A stretch of 64,000 nucleotides of DNA from Mobula hypostoma (lineage: Eukaryota): NCBI RefSeq assembly GCF_963921235.1, contig NC_086109.1, positions 35,466,001 through 35,530,000 on the forward strand, read 5' to 3'. The notes beneath the pieces were generated by a model. That model saw only the letters and a program-made list of their open reading frames with translations, made no database searches and was not told the DNA's origin. The position numbers and the translations under genes are program-made. Shown piece by piece: positions 39,911 to 53,659 of the stretch; position 1 is the first letter of the stretch; every line of letters begins with the position of its first letter.

Positions 39911-40011
39911 ACACACATACAAGTTGCTGGTGAACGCAGCAGGCCAGGCAGCATCTCTAGGAAGAGGTGTAGTCGACGTTTCAGGCCGAGACCCTTCGTC
40001 AGGACTAACTG
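39911..40011 (-). mobile_element. 101-bp PLE-derived insertion carrying an intact minimal hammerhead (39970-40011)
   Basis: Nearly identical to pLTR ends; perfect TSD AAATGTAAGGTA (39899-39910, 40012-40023). Confidence 0.9.
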
Positions 40012-41248
40012 AAATGTAAGGTAGATTTATTACTGGAGCTGAACTAGAATACATGGTTTTAAAGCATCTAGTTAGGGTTATAATGCTTCATAATGATTTT
40101 GCAATCAGTCTTGATTTATGTGGTGCATTCTTTTCAAAACTCAACAATGGGAAATTAAAAGTATGAGAAAGTGGTGATTCCCTTTCTGTTATGACTGATG
40201 TGTATTGCAGTTAGTTACATAACAATTAAGTTAATGCATGAACCGTATAGATCATCTTGTCTCACTTCTTCCTGAGTTACATATTTTGATGATGATAAAT
40301 ATCTTATTTCAGTAATTATTAAATATAATTACTGTATCTTTATTTCAACTTTTATAGCTCAATGATAATAAAGGAAAGTAGAGATGATTTTGAGTGTAAA
40401 ATTAAAGCAGGACATTCTAGAAATGAATGATAAAGCAGCAGCTATGAAGAGCGGAACAAGGGTTAAAGTTTAAATTTTACTACTCTCTGTTAAGTTTTGA
40501 AGTTTGGTCACCAACCTGAAACATTAGCTGCTTCTCTCAGCAGAGAATTTGCCACTTTGAGTAATTGAAGAAAGTTATGTTTATATTCCTTTATAATTCA
40601 ACCATTCTGTTGTGATAAAGTTGATCAGTAGTGTTACTTGGTCCAACTGTTTGTAATGAAGCACTCGTACAAAGCTGCTACAGTCTACACAGCATAGCTT
40701 ACTATCTTGATTTGTTCCTTTAACTGAAATTCCTCCAACTTATAGGATCTGAGAAGACACTGCCGGCAATCTTTGTCATCATGCCTCAATCACAGCTGTC
40801 AATTCCTTCCTCTGCCGATTCTAACGGAGATAGTGAGGTCAGTGCGGAAGTGGTGTACGGGGTGACATAGCATTTGTGCAAGCAGCTGTCTGCTCTACGG
40901 TGGCCCCATTTCTGGTACGTGTCCACCCCATGCTGCCAGGATAGAATACATCAACAAAGAAAAATCCCACACAACTTTTGATCCTCTTGGGCACAGGTGA
41001 CTGAACTACTGAGAGCGAAGTCGTGCCTCCTGTTTCTCTCACTGATCCAGGTCATGTGATGTCACTCCCCACATCTAATATCAGCTTGATGGATAGTGTT
41101 GCCATTTGGAAGGTATAGCTTTCCTGGTGATGAAGCAATGTGCTATGCATTCTTTCATGCAGTTTCACCAAGTGTCATTGTATTATTTCACAAGAACAGC
41201 ATTATTAGTAAGTTTTCTCATGTAGCCCATTTCATCAAGCCTGTTTAA

Positions 41249-42186
41249 CACTGGACAACAATATTTTCTCAAAAGTGTTGCTTCCTCAATTTTGTTTTGT
41301 TTATGATGGACTACTTGAAGGTGAACACAAATATAATTTCAGACTACTTGTATCACGTAAGAAACTGGAGAAACAAGAAAGTAACTTTTATTGAATATAT
41401 TGTGCTGATGCTTTGCAATGGTTCAACTAAGCTAAAATGTTTTGTTGATGATTTCCATTTGTACTCGGTGTTTGAGGCTTCTTACTTCAGTGTCCAACAA
41501 TAGTCAGCCAGCATCCATAGATTCCAGTTGTCCTGATATCATTTCTCCATGACCGCAATGTCCTGGTGAAACCTATCACCATGCTTATCACTGGCAACAC
41601 CAAGATTTGCATGGAAGTATAAATGGGAATGCAGAAAATGAGTCTTTAGTGACATGTTATACTTCATCGCTGGTATGCCTGAAGCATGCTTTCAACTAGC
41701 TGCACACAGCTTGGTGCTCTATAGTTGCCAAGAAAATTTTCAGAAACATCCTTGAATGCCTTCCATGCAATTTTCTTTTGTCCCGCTAGAAGTTCTTCAA
41801 ATTGAATGTCAATGATGACCTGTTTGATTTGTAGACCAACCAAAATGCCTGCCTTAATCTTGGCATCAGTTATTCTGGGAATCAACTGTCTCAAATATTG
41901 AAATCCTTCACAGAAATTTATAGCCTTTCTAAAATCTGTCCTGCCAAGCAGCATTCACTCTGCCTAAGCATGCCCATGCATGCCTGGGAAAGATAGAAAA
42001 TTTATCAGCTTACATTGCGGGCAACATTTTAATTGGCTTGAATTATGAATTAAAATCACAATTATAGACAATATCAAAAAATTGTGAGTGATAGGGAATT
42101 TTCATGATGATTTTTATGATCAGTAACCTAAAATGCATAAGTTACACCCAAAAGTATTCAGGAAGCAAACTCTGTGTTGTTGAGGG
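41249..42186 (-). mobile_element. Chapaev3-like (CMC) DNA transposon, internally deleted
   Basis: FQYLRQLIPRITDAKIKAGILVG...AWKAFKDVSENFLGNYRA...MSLKTHFLHSH...DRFHQDIAVMEK...LADYCWTL; termini CACTGGACAACA / TGTTGTTGAGGG. Confidence 0.7.
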
Positions 42187-42509
42187 TAATATTCAGTGAT
42201 TTCACATTCACTGTTTAGCCATTTGTATTGTTTTCAGTGCTGATATAACCATTTTATAAAAAATGCCAGATTACATGGTGCCATAGTTTTGTGCCATTCA
42301 GTAGAGTTTGCATAAAAAGTAAAAGCTGAATGAGTAGTGGGGATTTATCATGTGACAACATTTTTTTTGGTATGCCCATGTGTGTTTGTATACATATGTA
42401 TTCATACACATGCTTCCATGTACAGAAAAAAAATCAGACTTGGACAGTGACATCTACCAACATGTAATCTTGATCTCTATTCTGGATTTTCAGTCATGTT
42501 TGAGTCAAT

Positions 42510-43272
42510 TATCCATTGACGGGATGCAGAGGTGGGCTGAGAAATAGCAGATGATGTTCAACCCAAAAAAAGAGTGAAATGATTCTGTTTGGAAAGTCAA
42601 ATTTGAAGGCAGAATAAAGGGTTAATGGCAGGTTTCTTAGCAGAGGGATTTTGAGGTCCACGTTCATAAATCTCTCAATGTTGCCACACAAGGGTTGTTA
42701 AGAAGATGATGGTCAAATGGTCTTGATTAGTCGTGGGATTGATATCAAGAGCCACAAGGTAATGTTGCAGATCTATAAATTATTGGTTAGATCACATTTG
42801 GAATATTGTGTTTAGTTCTTGTTGCCTCATTGTATGAAGGATGTAGAAGCTTTAGAGAAAGTGCAGAGGAGATTTACCAGGATGCAGCCTAGATTAGAGA
42901 GCATATTTTTTGAGGATAGGTTGAGCAAGCGAGGGCTTTTCTCTCTGGAGTAAAAGAGAATGAGAAGTGACTTGATAGAAGTGTACAAGATGATAAGAGG
43001 CATAGATCAAATGGATAGCTGGAGACTTTTTTCCCAAGTTGGAAATGGTTAATACCCAGAGGCATAGTCTTACATGATGGGTAGTGATAGGGGCAGAAAC
43101 ATTGGGAGCATTTCAGTAACTCTTAGATACATAGTCACATGGATGATAGAAACAATGGAAGGCTACATAGAAGACAAGTGTTAGATTATTCTTAGAATAG
43201 GTTAGAAGGTCAGCACAACATCATGGGCTGAAGAGCCTGTCCTGAGCTGTACTGTTATGTTCTATGTTTTTA
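42510..43272 (+). mobile_element. Decayed CR1 3' fragment
   Basis: LVRSHLEYCV...KDVEALEKVQRRFTRM; (TATGTTC)n-like tail. Confidence 0.8.
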
Positions 43273-44699
43273 TGTTGGAATCCTTATTCCATGTGCCCCT
43301 CACATTTGCAGAAATAGTGCAGCTGTGAAGTTTGTTTCTGTGTAACTGTTAAAGGACCACCCAGAACAGGTTCTAGCCCAGTTCAAATGAACCTAGCTTG
43401 GGTGGTGGTCCACTTTGTTATTTATTAAATGGCTCTCCTTCAGACCTGATGGTAACTTCTTGATCAATATAATTACCCCATCCCCTACTAAACTTATCAC
43501 ATGATGGACAGCAGCCTTATTCCCTGGAATTTACTGCCAGTTGTAGCCTAATCTCAATTCTATACTGCTGACTACCAACTTCTGATCTGTCCACATCGCT
43601 AGGCAAACCTATGATCTCTAGATCCAGACTAGCCTGCTTTCCTTGACATACTATGCACTGGAACGCTATGTGAAAGAAATGCCTTACTTTATATGAGGCA
43701 GGCAGCACCATGAATTCCTCACAGCACTAAAAGTCCACAATAAGAATTCACAGTCCAGTAACCATTTAATCTGCGTCTGTTGCCACCAACATGTGACTTT
43801 TCTTTTAAATAGAATTTTTATCTTTCCATCTCTCTGAATGTGAAAGATGTGAAATGCCAAAAACTTTATAACTCACAATGTTGCCAGATAATCTTCTATT
43901 TTCATTATGCACTTTCACTTAAAATAAATTTGCAGTCTTCTGGTGTCATGTTTTAATATACTACAATCTGGAGAAATTGGCATTTGACTAGTACTGGCAT
44001 GACGTGAGCTTCTGGACTCAGTTTGCTGCCAAATCAAAAGTGAAGGAGGTTGAGCATTTCAACTTTGGAATCATGCACACACATTTTCTTCTGTATTTGA
44101 ATGATTCACAGTGTTTACCCCAGTTTACTCAATAAATTAATTTGTCTAACAGATTTCACTGGGAGTGAACAATAATATTTTAAAATGATGCAGAGCAAGT
44201 TAAAGTAGCACTGTTTAAAATATACCACCTAAAAATTACTGAAAATTATTTGCTTCTGTCAAATTTGATCAGTCTATGATGCAGAAATGTATCTAACCTA
44301 GCTGCATATGACCAAGTCAAAGAATATAATGTATTAAGAGATGATGTGTATGGTGTAGTGTTTGCTAAAGCTATGAAACTATAAAATACATATGTGACTC
44401 AAGGTCAAGGTTTGCATTTGGTCTGTTAGCAGATGTTCGATATAAAGTTGCCTTGCCAAGGCAGGTTGCAGATAAATAGAGAATAGCAGTTCAAGTTGAA
44501 ATGCAACATTAAGAAAATAATGCTGCATCTACATATGCAAACTAGCATGCACTTTAATACCTTACTGATTGGTCTCTAGTGCATTGGTCAAGAAGTGTTG
44601 GAAATTAAGTGAGGTTTAAGTGGGTGGTATAGAACAGGAGGTAGAATGTTGTGTGTAAAGTTTTTCAGAGGGTGAAATAGATCTTTAATGTGTATGTAA

Positions 44700-47600
44700 G
44701 GCAACATTCAAGTCCTGGCAACATCCTTGTAAATTTTTTTCTGCACTCTTTCAATCTTTTTGACATCTTCCCTGTGGAAGTTGACCAAAACTGCACACAA
44801 TACTCCAAATTAACCTCACCAACATGTTATAGAACTTCGACATTCATCCCAACTCCGGTACTCAGTACTTTGTTTTGTGAAGACCAACGTGCCAAAAGTT
44901 TTCTTTACAACCCTCTCTACCCTTGACACCATTTTCAAGGAATTATGGCTATGTATTCTAAGATCTCTCTGTTCTACCACACTTCTCAGTGCCCCACGGC
45001 TCACTGGGTGAGTTCTACCCTGGATTGTCCTCCCAAAGTGCAACAACTTGCATTGGTTTGTATTAACTTCCATCTGCCAATTTTCAGCCAATTTTTCCAG
45101 CAGGTCCAGATGCCACTGCAAATTTTGATAGTCTTTTTCATTGTCCACTATCCCCCTAATTTTGGTGTCAACCCTAAGTTTGCTGATCCAATTTACCACA
45201 TTATTATCCAGAGCATTGATATGGATGACAAACAAAAATGGATTGACCACAACCCTAATCACAGGCCTCCAGTCAGAGAAACAATCATCTACTACCACTC
45301 TCTGGCTTCTCCCGTGAAGCCAATATGTAATCTAATTTACTACCTCATCTTGAATGCCAAGTGACTGAGATTACTTGACCAACCTCCTCCGCAGGACCTT
45401 CTCAGGGTTTGCTCAAGCCTACTTAGAGAACATCCACTGCCTTGCTCTCCTCAAATTTCTTGTTAACTTACATGAAAATAACCCTATAAGATTATCTAGA
45501 CACAACCTCCAAGCACAAAGCCAAGATGAAAATCAGTAATCAGTCCCTGTCTATCTAAATACTTTTATATCTGGTGCCTTAGAATTCTTTTCAATAACTG
45601 ATCCACTACTGACTCACTGGTCTATCACTTCCATTCTTTTTCTTAGAGTCTTTCTTAGCTATCCTCCAATCCTCCAGCACCTCACTCACTGGCTATGGAT
45701 ATTTTAAATATCTCTGCCAGGACCCTGGCAATTTCTGCACTAGCCTCCTCCGGGGGCCAAGGAATACTTTGTCAGGTCCTGGGGATTTATCCACCCTAAT
45801 TTGCCTCAAGGAAGCAAACACCTCTTCCTCTGTAATCTGTATGTGTTCCATGACCTCATTGTTGCTTTGCCTCACTTCTATAGACTCTGTGTCCATCTCC
45901 TGAGTAGATACAGATGCAAAAAAATCCACTTAAGATCATCCCCCATCTCTTCTGTTTCCACGCATAGATTATCACTGTGATCTTCCTGAAGATCAATTTT
46001 GTCCCTTGTTATCCTTTTGCTCTTAATATATCTGTAGAGGCCCTTGGGATTCTCCTTCACCTTGTCTGCTCGAGCAACCTCTTCTCTTCTTTTAGCCATC
46101 CTGATTTATTTCTTAAGTGTTCTCTTGCATTTCTTAGTCTCCTAAAATACATCATTTGCTTCTTCCTGCCTATAGCTGCTATGCTCCTCCTTTTTCTTAA
46201 CCAGAACTTCAATGTCTCTCAAAATCTAAGGTTCCCTAAACCTGTTATCCTTGCTTTTTCATTCTGACAAGAATACACATATTCTGTTTTCTCAAAATTT
46301 CACTTTTGGAGGCCTCCCACTTACCAAGTGCAACTTTGCCAGAAAACAACCATTTCCCAATCTGCACCTGCCAGATCCTTTCTGATACCATCAAAATTGA
46401 CCTTTCTCCAACTGAGAATTTCAATCTAAGGACCAGACCTATCTTTCGCCATAAATATCTTGAAACTAATGGCATTATGATCACTAAATGCAAAGTTTTC
46501 CCCTACATAAACATCTGTCATTTTTCCTGTCTCGTTCTCTAATAAGAGATCTATTATCTTATTCGCTCTAGTTTAGACCTCTATGTTCAGATTAAGAAAA
46601 CTTTCCTGAACGCATTTGAGGAACTCTATCCCATCCAACCCCTTCACAGTATGGGAGTTCCAGTCAATATGTAGAAAGTTGAAATTACCTACTATATCAA
46701 CTTTATGTTTCTTGCAACAGGCTGCGATCTCTCTACAAGTTTGCTCTATATCCCATAGATTGTTAGATGATCTATAATATAATCCCATCAACATGGTCAT
46801 CTGTTTCTTATTCCTCAGTCCACCCATATAGCCTCAGTACATGAGCTCTCCAGTCTGTCCTGTCTGAGCACTGTCGTGATATTTTCCCTGATTAATAATA
46901 TCACCCATCTCCCTTTAATCCCTCCTGCTCTAGCACACCTAAAGCAACAGACTTCTGGAACATTGAGCTCCCAATCCTGCCCCTCCTGCAACCAAGATAC
47001 ACTAATGGCTATAATGTCATATATCCAGGTATTGATCCATGCTCTAAGCTCATCTGCCTTTCCTACAATACTCCTTGCATTGAACTATATACAACTTAGA
47101 ACTCATCATGTTCAACCGTTAGATTCCTGATGTTGTATGTTGGTTTAACAACATCTTTCCCCACAACCAATCCACTATCTGCTCTGGCACTCCGGTTCTT
47201 ATCCTACCGCAACTCTAGTTTAAAATCTCCCCATGCAGCAAATGTTCACACAAAGATATTACACCCTCCAGATCAGATGTAAATCTTTCCTTCTGTACAG
47301 GTCCCACCTTCCATGGAAGAGAGCCCAATGATCCTGAAATTTGAAGTCTTCCCTCATACATCAACTCCTTACACACACATTAAACTGTATGATCTTCCTA
47401 TTTCTGCATGTAGGATGGGTAGTAATCCTGAGGTCACAACCCCGGGGGTCCTGTCCTCTAACTTAGCACATACCTCCTTGAACTCAGTTTGCAAGACATC
47501 ATCACGCTTCCTACCCAAGTCATTGGTTCTGAGGTGGACCACAACCTCTGGTTGTTCACCAACCCACTTAAGAATGCTATGGACCCGATCTGAGATGTCC

Positions 47601-48130
47601 CTGACCCCAGCATCTGGGAGACTATATACCATCCAGGAATCTCGTTATTATTGACAGTACCTCCTGTTTGTTCCCCCAGCCAGTGAATTCCCTAACACTA
47701 CAGCTTGCCTTTTTTTCCTCTTTTTCTCCCTTCCCTTCTGAGTCTCAGAGACAGACTCAATGCCAGAGAACTGACCACTGAGGTTTTCCTCTGTGGCACC
47801 CACCCTCCCCAAGAGAATCCAGAACAATATACATGTTATTGAGGGTAATGATCAGAGGGGTAGTCTGCACAGGCTGCCTCTCCCCTTTACCTTTCCTGAC
47901 AGTCACCCAGTTACCTGTGTCCCGTATCTTGCATGTAACCACCTCTCTCGATCAACTCCTCAGCCTCCTAAATGATCTGGACTTCATCCAGTTTCGGCTC
48001 CAGTTCCTTAACATGGTCTGAAAGAAGTTGCAGCAGCATGCACTTCTGGCAAGTGTAGTCGTCAGGGACTCCCTGCCCTCCCACATCACGCAAGAGGAGT
48101 ATTCCACTATTCTGTCTGGCATCCCCACTG
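44700..48130 (-). mobile_element. Long decayed CR1 LINE: ORF1 (esterase-like) plus ORF2 (APE, RT)
   Basis: SLPDAGVRDISDRV...QPEVVVHLRTND (ORF1 SGNH-like); GLYYR and VGNFN (APE); DKSPGPD; degraded RT motifs at 44816-45298. Confidence 0.88.
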
Positions 48131-50467
48131 TTCTAACTGTGCAATAGGAAAGAAAGGTCGAAAGGTGAAATGGAAAAAGTAATCTACCTACAGTCTCTGT
48201 CCCTCCTTGCTGAAGCCTCTACCAGCCAAAGCCTGAAATTCCCAGCCTAACACAAGCCCACTCACACAATTGGCACTCTGCTTAAACCTAATTTCTTTTC
48301 GTTGGCCCTTGCCAACTGCCTAAATATGCAAAATCCAATGTCTCCTCAGTAATGTGATGCAGAATGACCCCACTGCCCCTGCTCACTTCTTTTGAACTCT
48401 CTTTCCTGCTATCCGTCTCCTCAGGAAAGACATGCAGACTGGAAGGTTAATTGGCTGCTGTAAATTGCAAACTACTGAATGTAAGTGAGACATAGAATCT
48501 AGGAGAGTTGGGAGGAATGTAGGGAGAATAAATTGAGATTGGTGTGTAAACGTGTTGAGGATCTCTTTCTGTGCTGTGTAACTCTGTCATTCTATCACAA
48601 CAGTTACAGAGGAAAGATAAAAAAAAGGGACAAAAAACTGCAAATAACTTTATGTCAGAGTGTACGAAATAGAACAATGTGAAATATATTAGGTAATGTA
48701 CTTAAAAGAGCATTCTTTTGTCACCTTCTCAAAAAATAGACTTTTATAATAGGCCTGCTTATTTTTATGGTAACAATTCATAAAAAAAAGTGATCTTATT
48801 AAGAGCATATTTATTTCTCTATAGAATCCAACATGAATTGATAGGGCTAGGACATTAAAAAGAATGGTAAAGGAAGTACTGATAAAATAGATATTACAAA
48901 TATGTTGATGCAATACAAACAATGAGATTAATCAGCAAACTATTATCACATTCCACATCAGATTATAATCCTGCAGATTTATTAATTTATAGCCCAGTAT
49001 GTGACTGAACATAGTTCAATCAAATCTTGAAAGGAAAGTGAAAGAAATGAGACAGAACACAAATAATGACTCAATTCATTGGGAGAAGTAATTTAAGCAA
49101 TATGACAGAGTTCATGAATTAACAAGAGCCAGCACCTCTGACTTTTGGAAATTAGATGTTAGAATGACAGTTGAAATATTGGTATGGAGGATGCCTTATT
49201 CCCTGTAATGGTAATGGGAGCTTGTCCCTGTTACCACACCTGGCTATAACAACCTTAAGGAAACTGTATGTACATGCATCTGTGGGAGCAAAAGGAATTG
49301 TTGATGTTTGGGTTGAAATCCAGTATCAGGGCAGAGACTCTCATTAAACGAGTAGATGAAATCATGTATGTAGGAAAAAAATTAAGTAACATGGATGCAA
49401 ATTGCTGTTAATTCAGTAATTACTGAGAAACATAAAAATACAGGTAAAGATATAGATAACATTCCTGCAATGAATTTCCACAATTCTTTTCCAACCTTCT
49501 GCCATATCTTTGACAGCAGATCTGCAGGCATTCTGCAAAAGTCTTCAATTGTAACTGCTATGGGCAGAGAGGGGAGTGTCTGTGTCAGAGAAAACACAGA
49601 GGAGAGTGTTTGTTAAAAGTCAACTTTGATCTGTTTTGAAAGTATCAAAGATGTGCGAGCTGTTTCAGCCATGACACAATGGAGAATGGTGTTTTTTTTG
49701 CAAATATTAAACACATGGTTCTTGCTTTTTAGGAAAGATGAGACTCATAAGTGAATCGAGATTACTTTATATTAGTTCCAAATTGTGTCATTGTGCTGAA
49801 GTGCTCAGCAATCCAGGCTGGGATTACAGAATTTTCCATCTGTATATCCATCAAGTGGCAATTTAAGTGGTTGAAAGGTGTGAAAGCAGGACTACTGCAG
49901 TGCTCGACAATTGAATCCTCACCAATGAATACATGTTCTGTGAACTCACAGCAGAAAATTGTAGTTTGATGGTACATTGAGTAAGGTTGTTAAATTATTT
50001 TTTTCCCATGCAGAGAGAAATATGTGGCTTAAAGACTTTCTCAGGAGGGGAAATGAAAATTATTTGGTGTGTTGCTCTATAGCAAATGGTTAGCTAAACT
50101 TTAAGTTGCCACTGGTATGAATGCTGTTGGCAGGGCAGCTCCCCTGGTGCAGATGAGCTACATGAAAATAATATAAAACTTGGAGAAAATGTAATTGCAC
50201 TGAGATCATGGAGGATCAAAGGACAATGAGTCAAAATTTATTTTCTATCAGGTCTGGGAGAGGGCATTGGATTTCCTGAATGCATCTTGGTTGCTTCTCA
50301 AAGAAAGTTTTACTTGTGTCTAGCATGTAAAGGAATAAGCAGGATCTTATTGGAGGTGTGATGGTGAGCGGTATTCAGTGGGATGTGCACATGAACTGGA
50401 ATCAGATAACAACCAAAAGAAGACCTCTCTGGCTACCATAAATGACCCAAATTTAAAGGGCACAGAG

Positions 50468-50740
50468 AAGTTCAAAGTTCCAAGTATATTTGTTATTGAA
50501 GTATGTATATGTCACTAAATGCTACCCGGAGATCAATTTTCTCGCAGGTATTCACAGTAGAACAAAGAAATACAATAGAATCAATGAAAAACTACACATA
50601 AACAATATCGAAAAATACCCATGTACAAGAGAAAAACTGTGCAAATACAAACAAACGTAACGATAATAAATAAATAAGTAAATTATACTGAGAGAATGAG
50701 TTGTAGAGTCCTTGAGAGTGAGACCAAAGGTTGCTGAGTC
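50468..50740 (-). mobile_element. Rex1/Babar-like 3' UTR fragment
   Basis: Colinear with 2050-2340 and 58875-59172. Confidence 0.6.
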
Positions 50741-51899
50741 AATCTCTTGAAAGGGCACCTGGTGTCTGAGGAGGACTCAATACAAAATGATGACAAAGGT
50801 AATCTATATTGGCAGAATTACATTAATAAGTGGCAACAAGCACATGTCTGTAGACAAGATGTGAGTCACTGTGCTTCATGAAGGGAAGGGCAATAGCAGG
50901 GAGGGATTTGTTTTTCCCTCTCAAGTTTAACCAAAAGTGGGACCATCGTAAGTGGGCTTAACGATAATAAAATATATAACACTGATAGTTTTGCAACATA
51001 GAATGAGCTATGGCCAGAAGATTGATGAAATAAGTCATTTTAATTCAGACCAATGTCCATCATTGCACAGCAAATAGTTAACTGTCAAGCATGTATTAAT
51101 AAACCAGAAAATTAAGTCAACAAAATAGAGTGCTGGTTTAAGAAGATTAACACTTGTCTGCCATTAGTTTATTCTATCTATTATTTCAAGTGCGTAGAAG
51201 AGCTAATAAACGATACCAAAAGAAAATATGCAATGAAAGGAGATAAGACTACTGATATACCCTGAGCACACTAGTTATCAACACAGCAGTATATCTGAAG
51301 CTTCAGAGGCCTAAAACAAATTGAAAGCTTCATAGTTCCTCCAGCATTTTGTGTGTATTGCTCAGATTTCCAACATATGCAAATTTTCTCTTGTTTGTCA
51401 TTTAATCAGTTTTTCTAATTCACCTTAAGTAGCTGGGATTCTATGATGCAGCATATTCACAGTAATAAAGCAATTCACAGTGTCAAATTGCTACATCGTC
51501 ACGACTTCCCTAATTTCACACTGAAGGAAATTCTACCAGGAACCGGAAAGATACTGGCAACCTCCAAACTTCACTTCAGAAAAAAAAATGTGAAAATAAT
51601 TTTGACAGCATACATTTTAATGAAGGTTACATTAACTATATTTCATATGGACTGAATTATACATGAGGTATATATTATTAACTTGCAGAATTAAATAGTT
51701 TTCAAGAATTTGTAACAGAAAATCAAAAAAAAATTGTAGAGGAGCATAAAGTGTGACTTTTAGTGACAGAATGCTTCTGCACATAATTTCATTGTGGCAC
51801 AAAAATAGCTCCATACCACTTTTTTTAAGGGAGAATGTAATTTAATTTACTCATTAATAGTTCTATATCACCAATCCTACTATATCACTAACATTCTTT

Positions 51900-52205
51900 C
51901 ATCATCATCATCATCAGGTGCCATGCCCAGTTTGAGCTTTGACTGCCAAGGCCCGCACACTCCTGTTTCGGGTCAAGAGGAACAATTCATTGGTATTCAT
52001 TTCCAGTTCTCTGGTTGCTGTCTCCATCATCATTTGTCTTTGTCTTCCTCTTGCTTTCTTCCCTTCAATCTTTCCCATAATTACCATGAAGTTTAACTCC
52101 TCTTTCCTAATCACATGTCCAATGAAGTTACGTTGCCTTTTCATGATCTCATACATTATTTCTCTTTTTGTGTTTGCTCTGTTCATGACATCCTCGTTAG
52201 AAATT
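51900..52205 (-). mobile_element. RTE-clade LINE 3' fragment
   Basis: RQRNFIGHVIRKE...GKIEGKKARGRQR; (GAT)n tail. Confidence 0.85.
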
Positions 52206-52909
52206 CTTTATGTAAACTATTTGTACTGATTTTGTCAGCAATCTTCCTATCAGTGCTCTGCACCAGCTCAAATCGACATGCTTTCACCGCTGCTGACCAC
52301 CTTAAAATCTTAATGGAAATGCATGTAGAGAATATTCAGAAATAGGTTACTTGTTGAAAATATGTTATAGACCTGTCTTTTCATAAGACAGATTCTTTAA
52401 GTGAGCATATGCATATTCTCGAACTGCATCAATAAATAGCATCAGTGTTAAAATCTCAAATCCCAGCTAAAAAAATGAATATGATTAACTGAAAGATCAA
52501 ATGTTCAATGTTCAATTGTTGACTTGCACTGGAAACAACAGTACCTGAAGGAATTTAAAAAGTCACTGCACCAAGTAGATAACGGAGGTAACTTAAAAAG
52601 AATGAAGATTTTTTTAAAAGCTGCAGACAGCTAGACAATGTAAATTAGTAAGAAAAAATTCTGTAAACTTTATTTTTAGTTACATTTTTAAATTCTAAAG
52701 TATTGGGTAGATTTACAGTAGCCTAAACACGTCATCATTTCTGATTATGCCCAGTTACAAATTTCATGCCACACGCCAGTGATATTGAATCTGATTTTAG
52801 TTCTGATTAGTTAAAAAAAACATTTTGTCCTTATCCCCTAACAAAAAAGTGACTATATATTGTACATATGTAAAGTTCATGTATCTCAGGGTGGCTAACC
52901 TTAACTCAA

Positions 52910-53200
52910 GATGACACAATCTGACAGCTTGTAGTGTTGCTTCCCTACATTTCCAGAACTTAAATTCAACCCCAACCTCAGGTGATGTCAGCGAAGAGCT
53001 TTGAAACAAACTTTCTGTGAACACATGGGTTTTTCTAGTGGCTTCCCTCAAAGTCATACAAGTTGGTAGATCAAATGGCTGCTGAAAATTGTCCATAGTG
53101 TGTAGATAAGTGCCAGGATCCAGGAGAAGTTGATGGGACTATCAGGAGAATAGAATGATGTTGCATTAGTGACAATAAGTAATTGATGGTTGGTGTGGAC
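52910..53200 (+). mobile_element. V-SINE-like element, heavily decayed
   Basis: tRNA-like head then GTGAACACATGGGTTTTTC and GGCTGCTGAAAATTGTCCATAGTGTG. Confidence 0.5.
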
Positions 53201-53659
53201 TTTATAGACCGAAGGGCTTCTGTCCATACTATATGCTGCTGCTGATACCAGAATCCCTCCATTCTGGAAAAAAGCAGGTAAGAAATAGTATAACAATAAT
53301 TAAAATTTTGGATTAGGATTTTTTTTTCAGAACTGAGTTACTTCCCTGTTGACATCAGCTTGTAATAAAAATAGATTTGTTCTGAAGGCAAACCTACGTG
53401 AATGCCTTCCATCTACAAATCTCTTTTGAGAAGAATATGAAGGGGATTGCATCTGCATCTTGTCTGGAAGATGCAACAAACTCTGGACTCATTTCATTCA
53501 TACTTTGTGTAGTTTCTTCCATAATTTCTACCAGAGAATAATCTTGAATATACTTAATAATCACATAACTCTTCAATATTATCTTGTACATTTCTTGCAT
53601 GTATTTTATCTCCTAATTTTATCTCCATTATGTTAAATGCATCCAACGGCATGTGCCTC

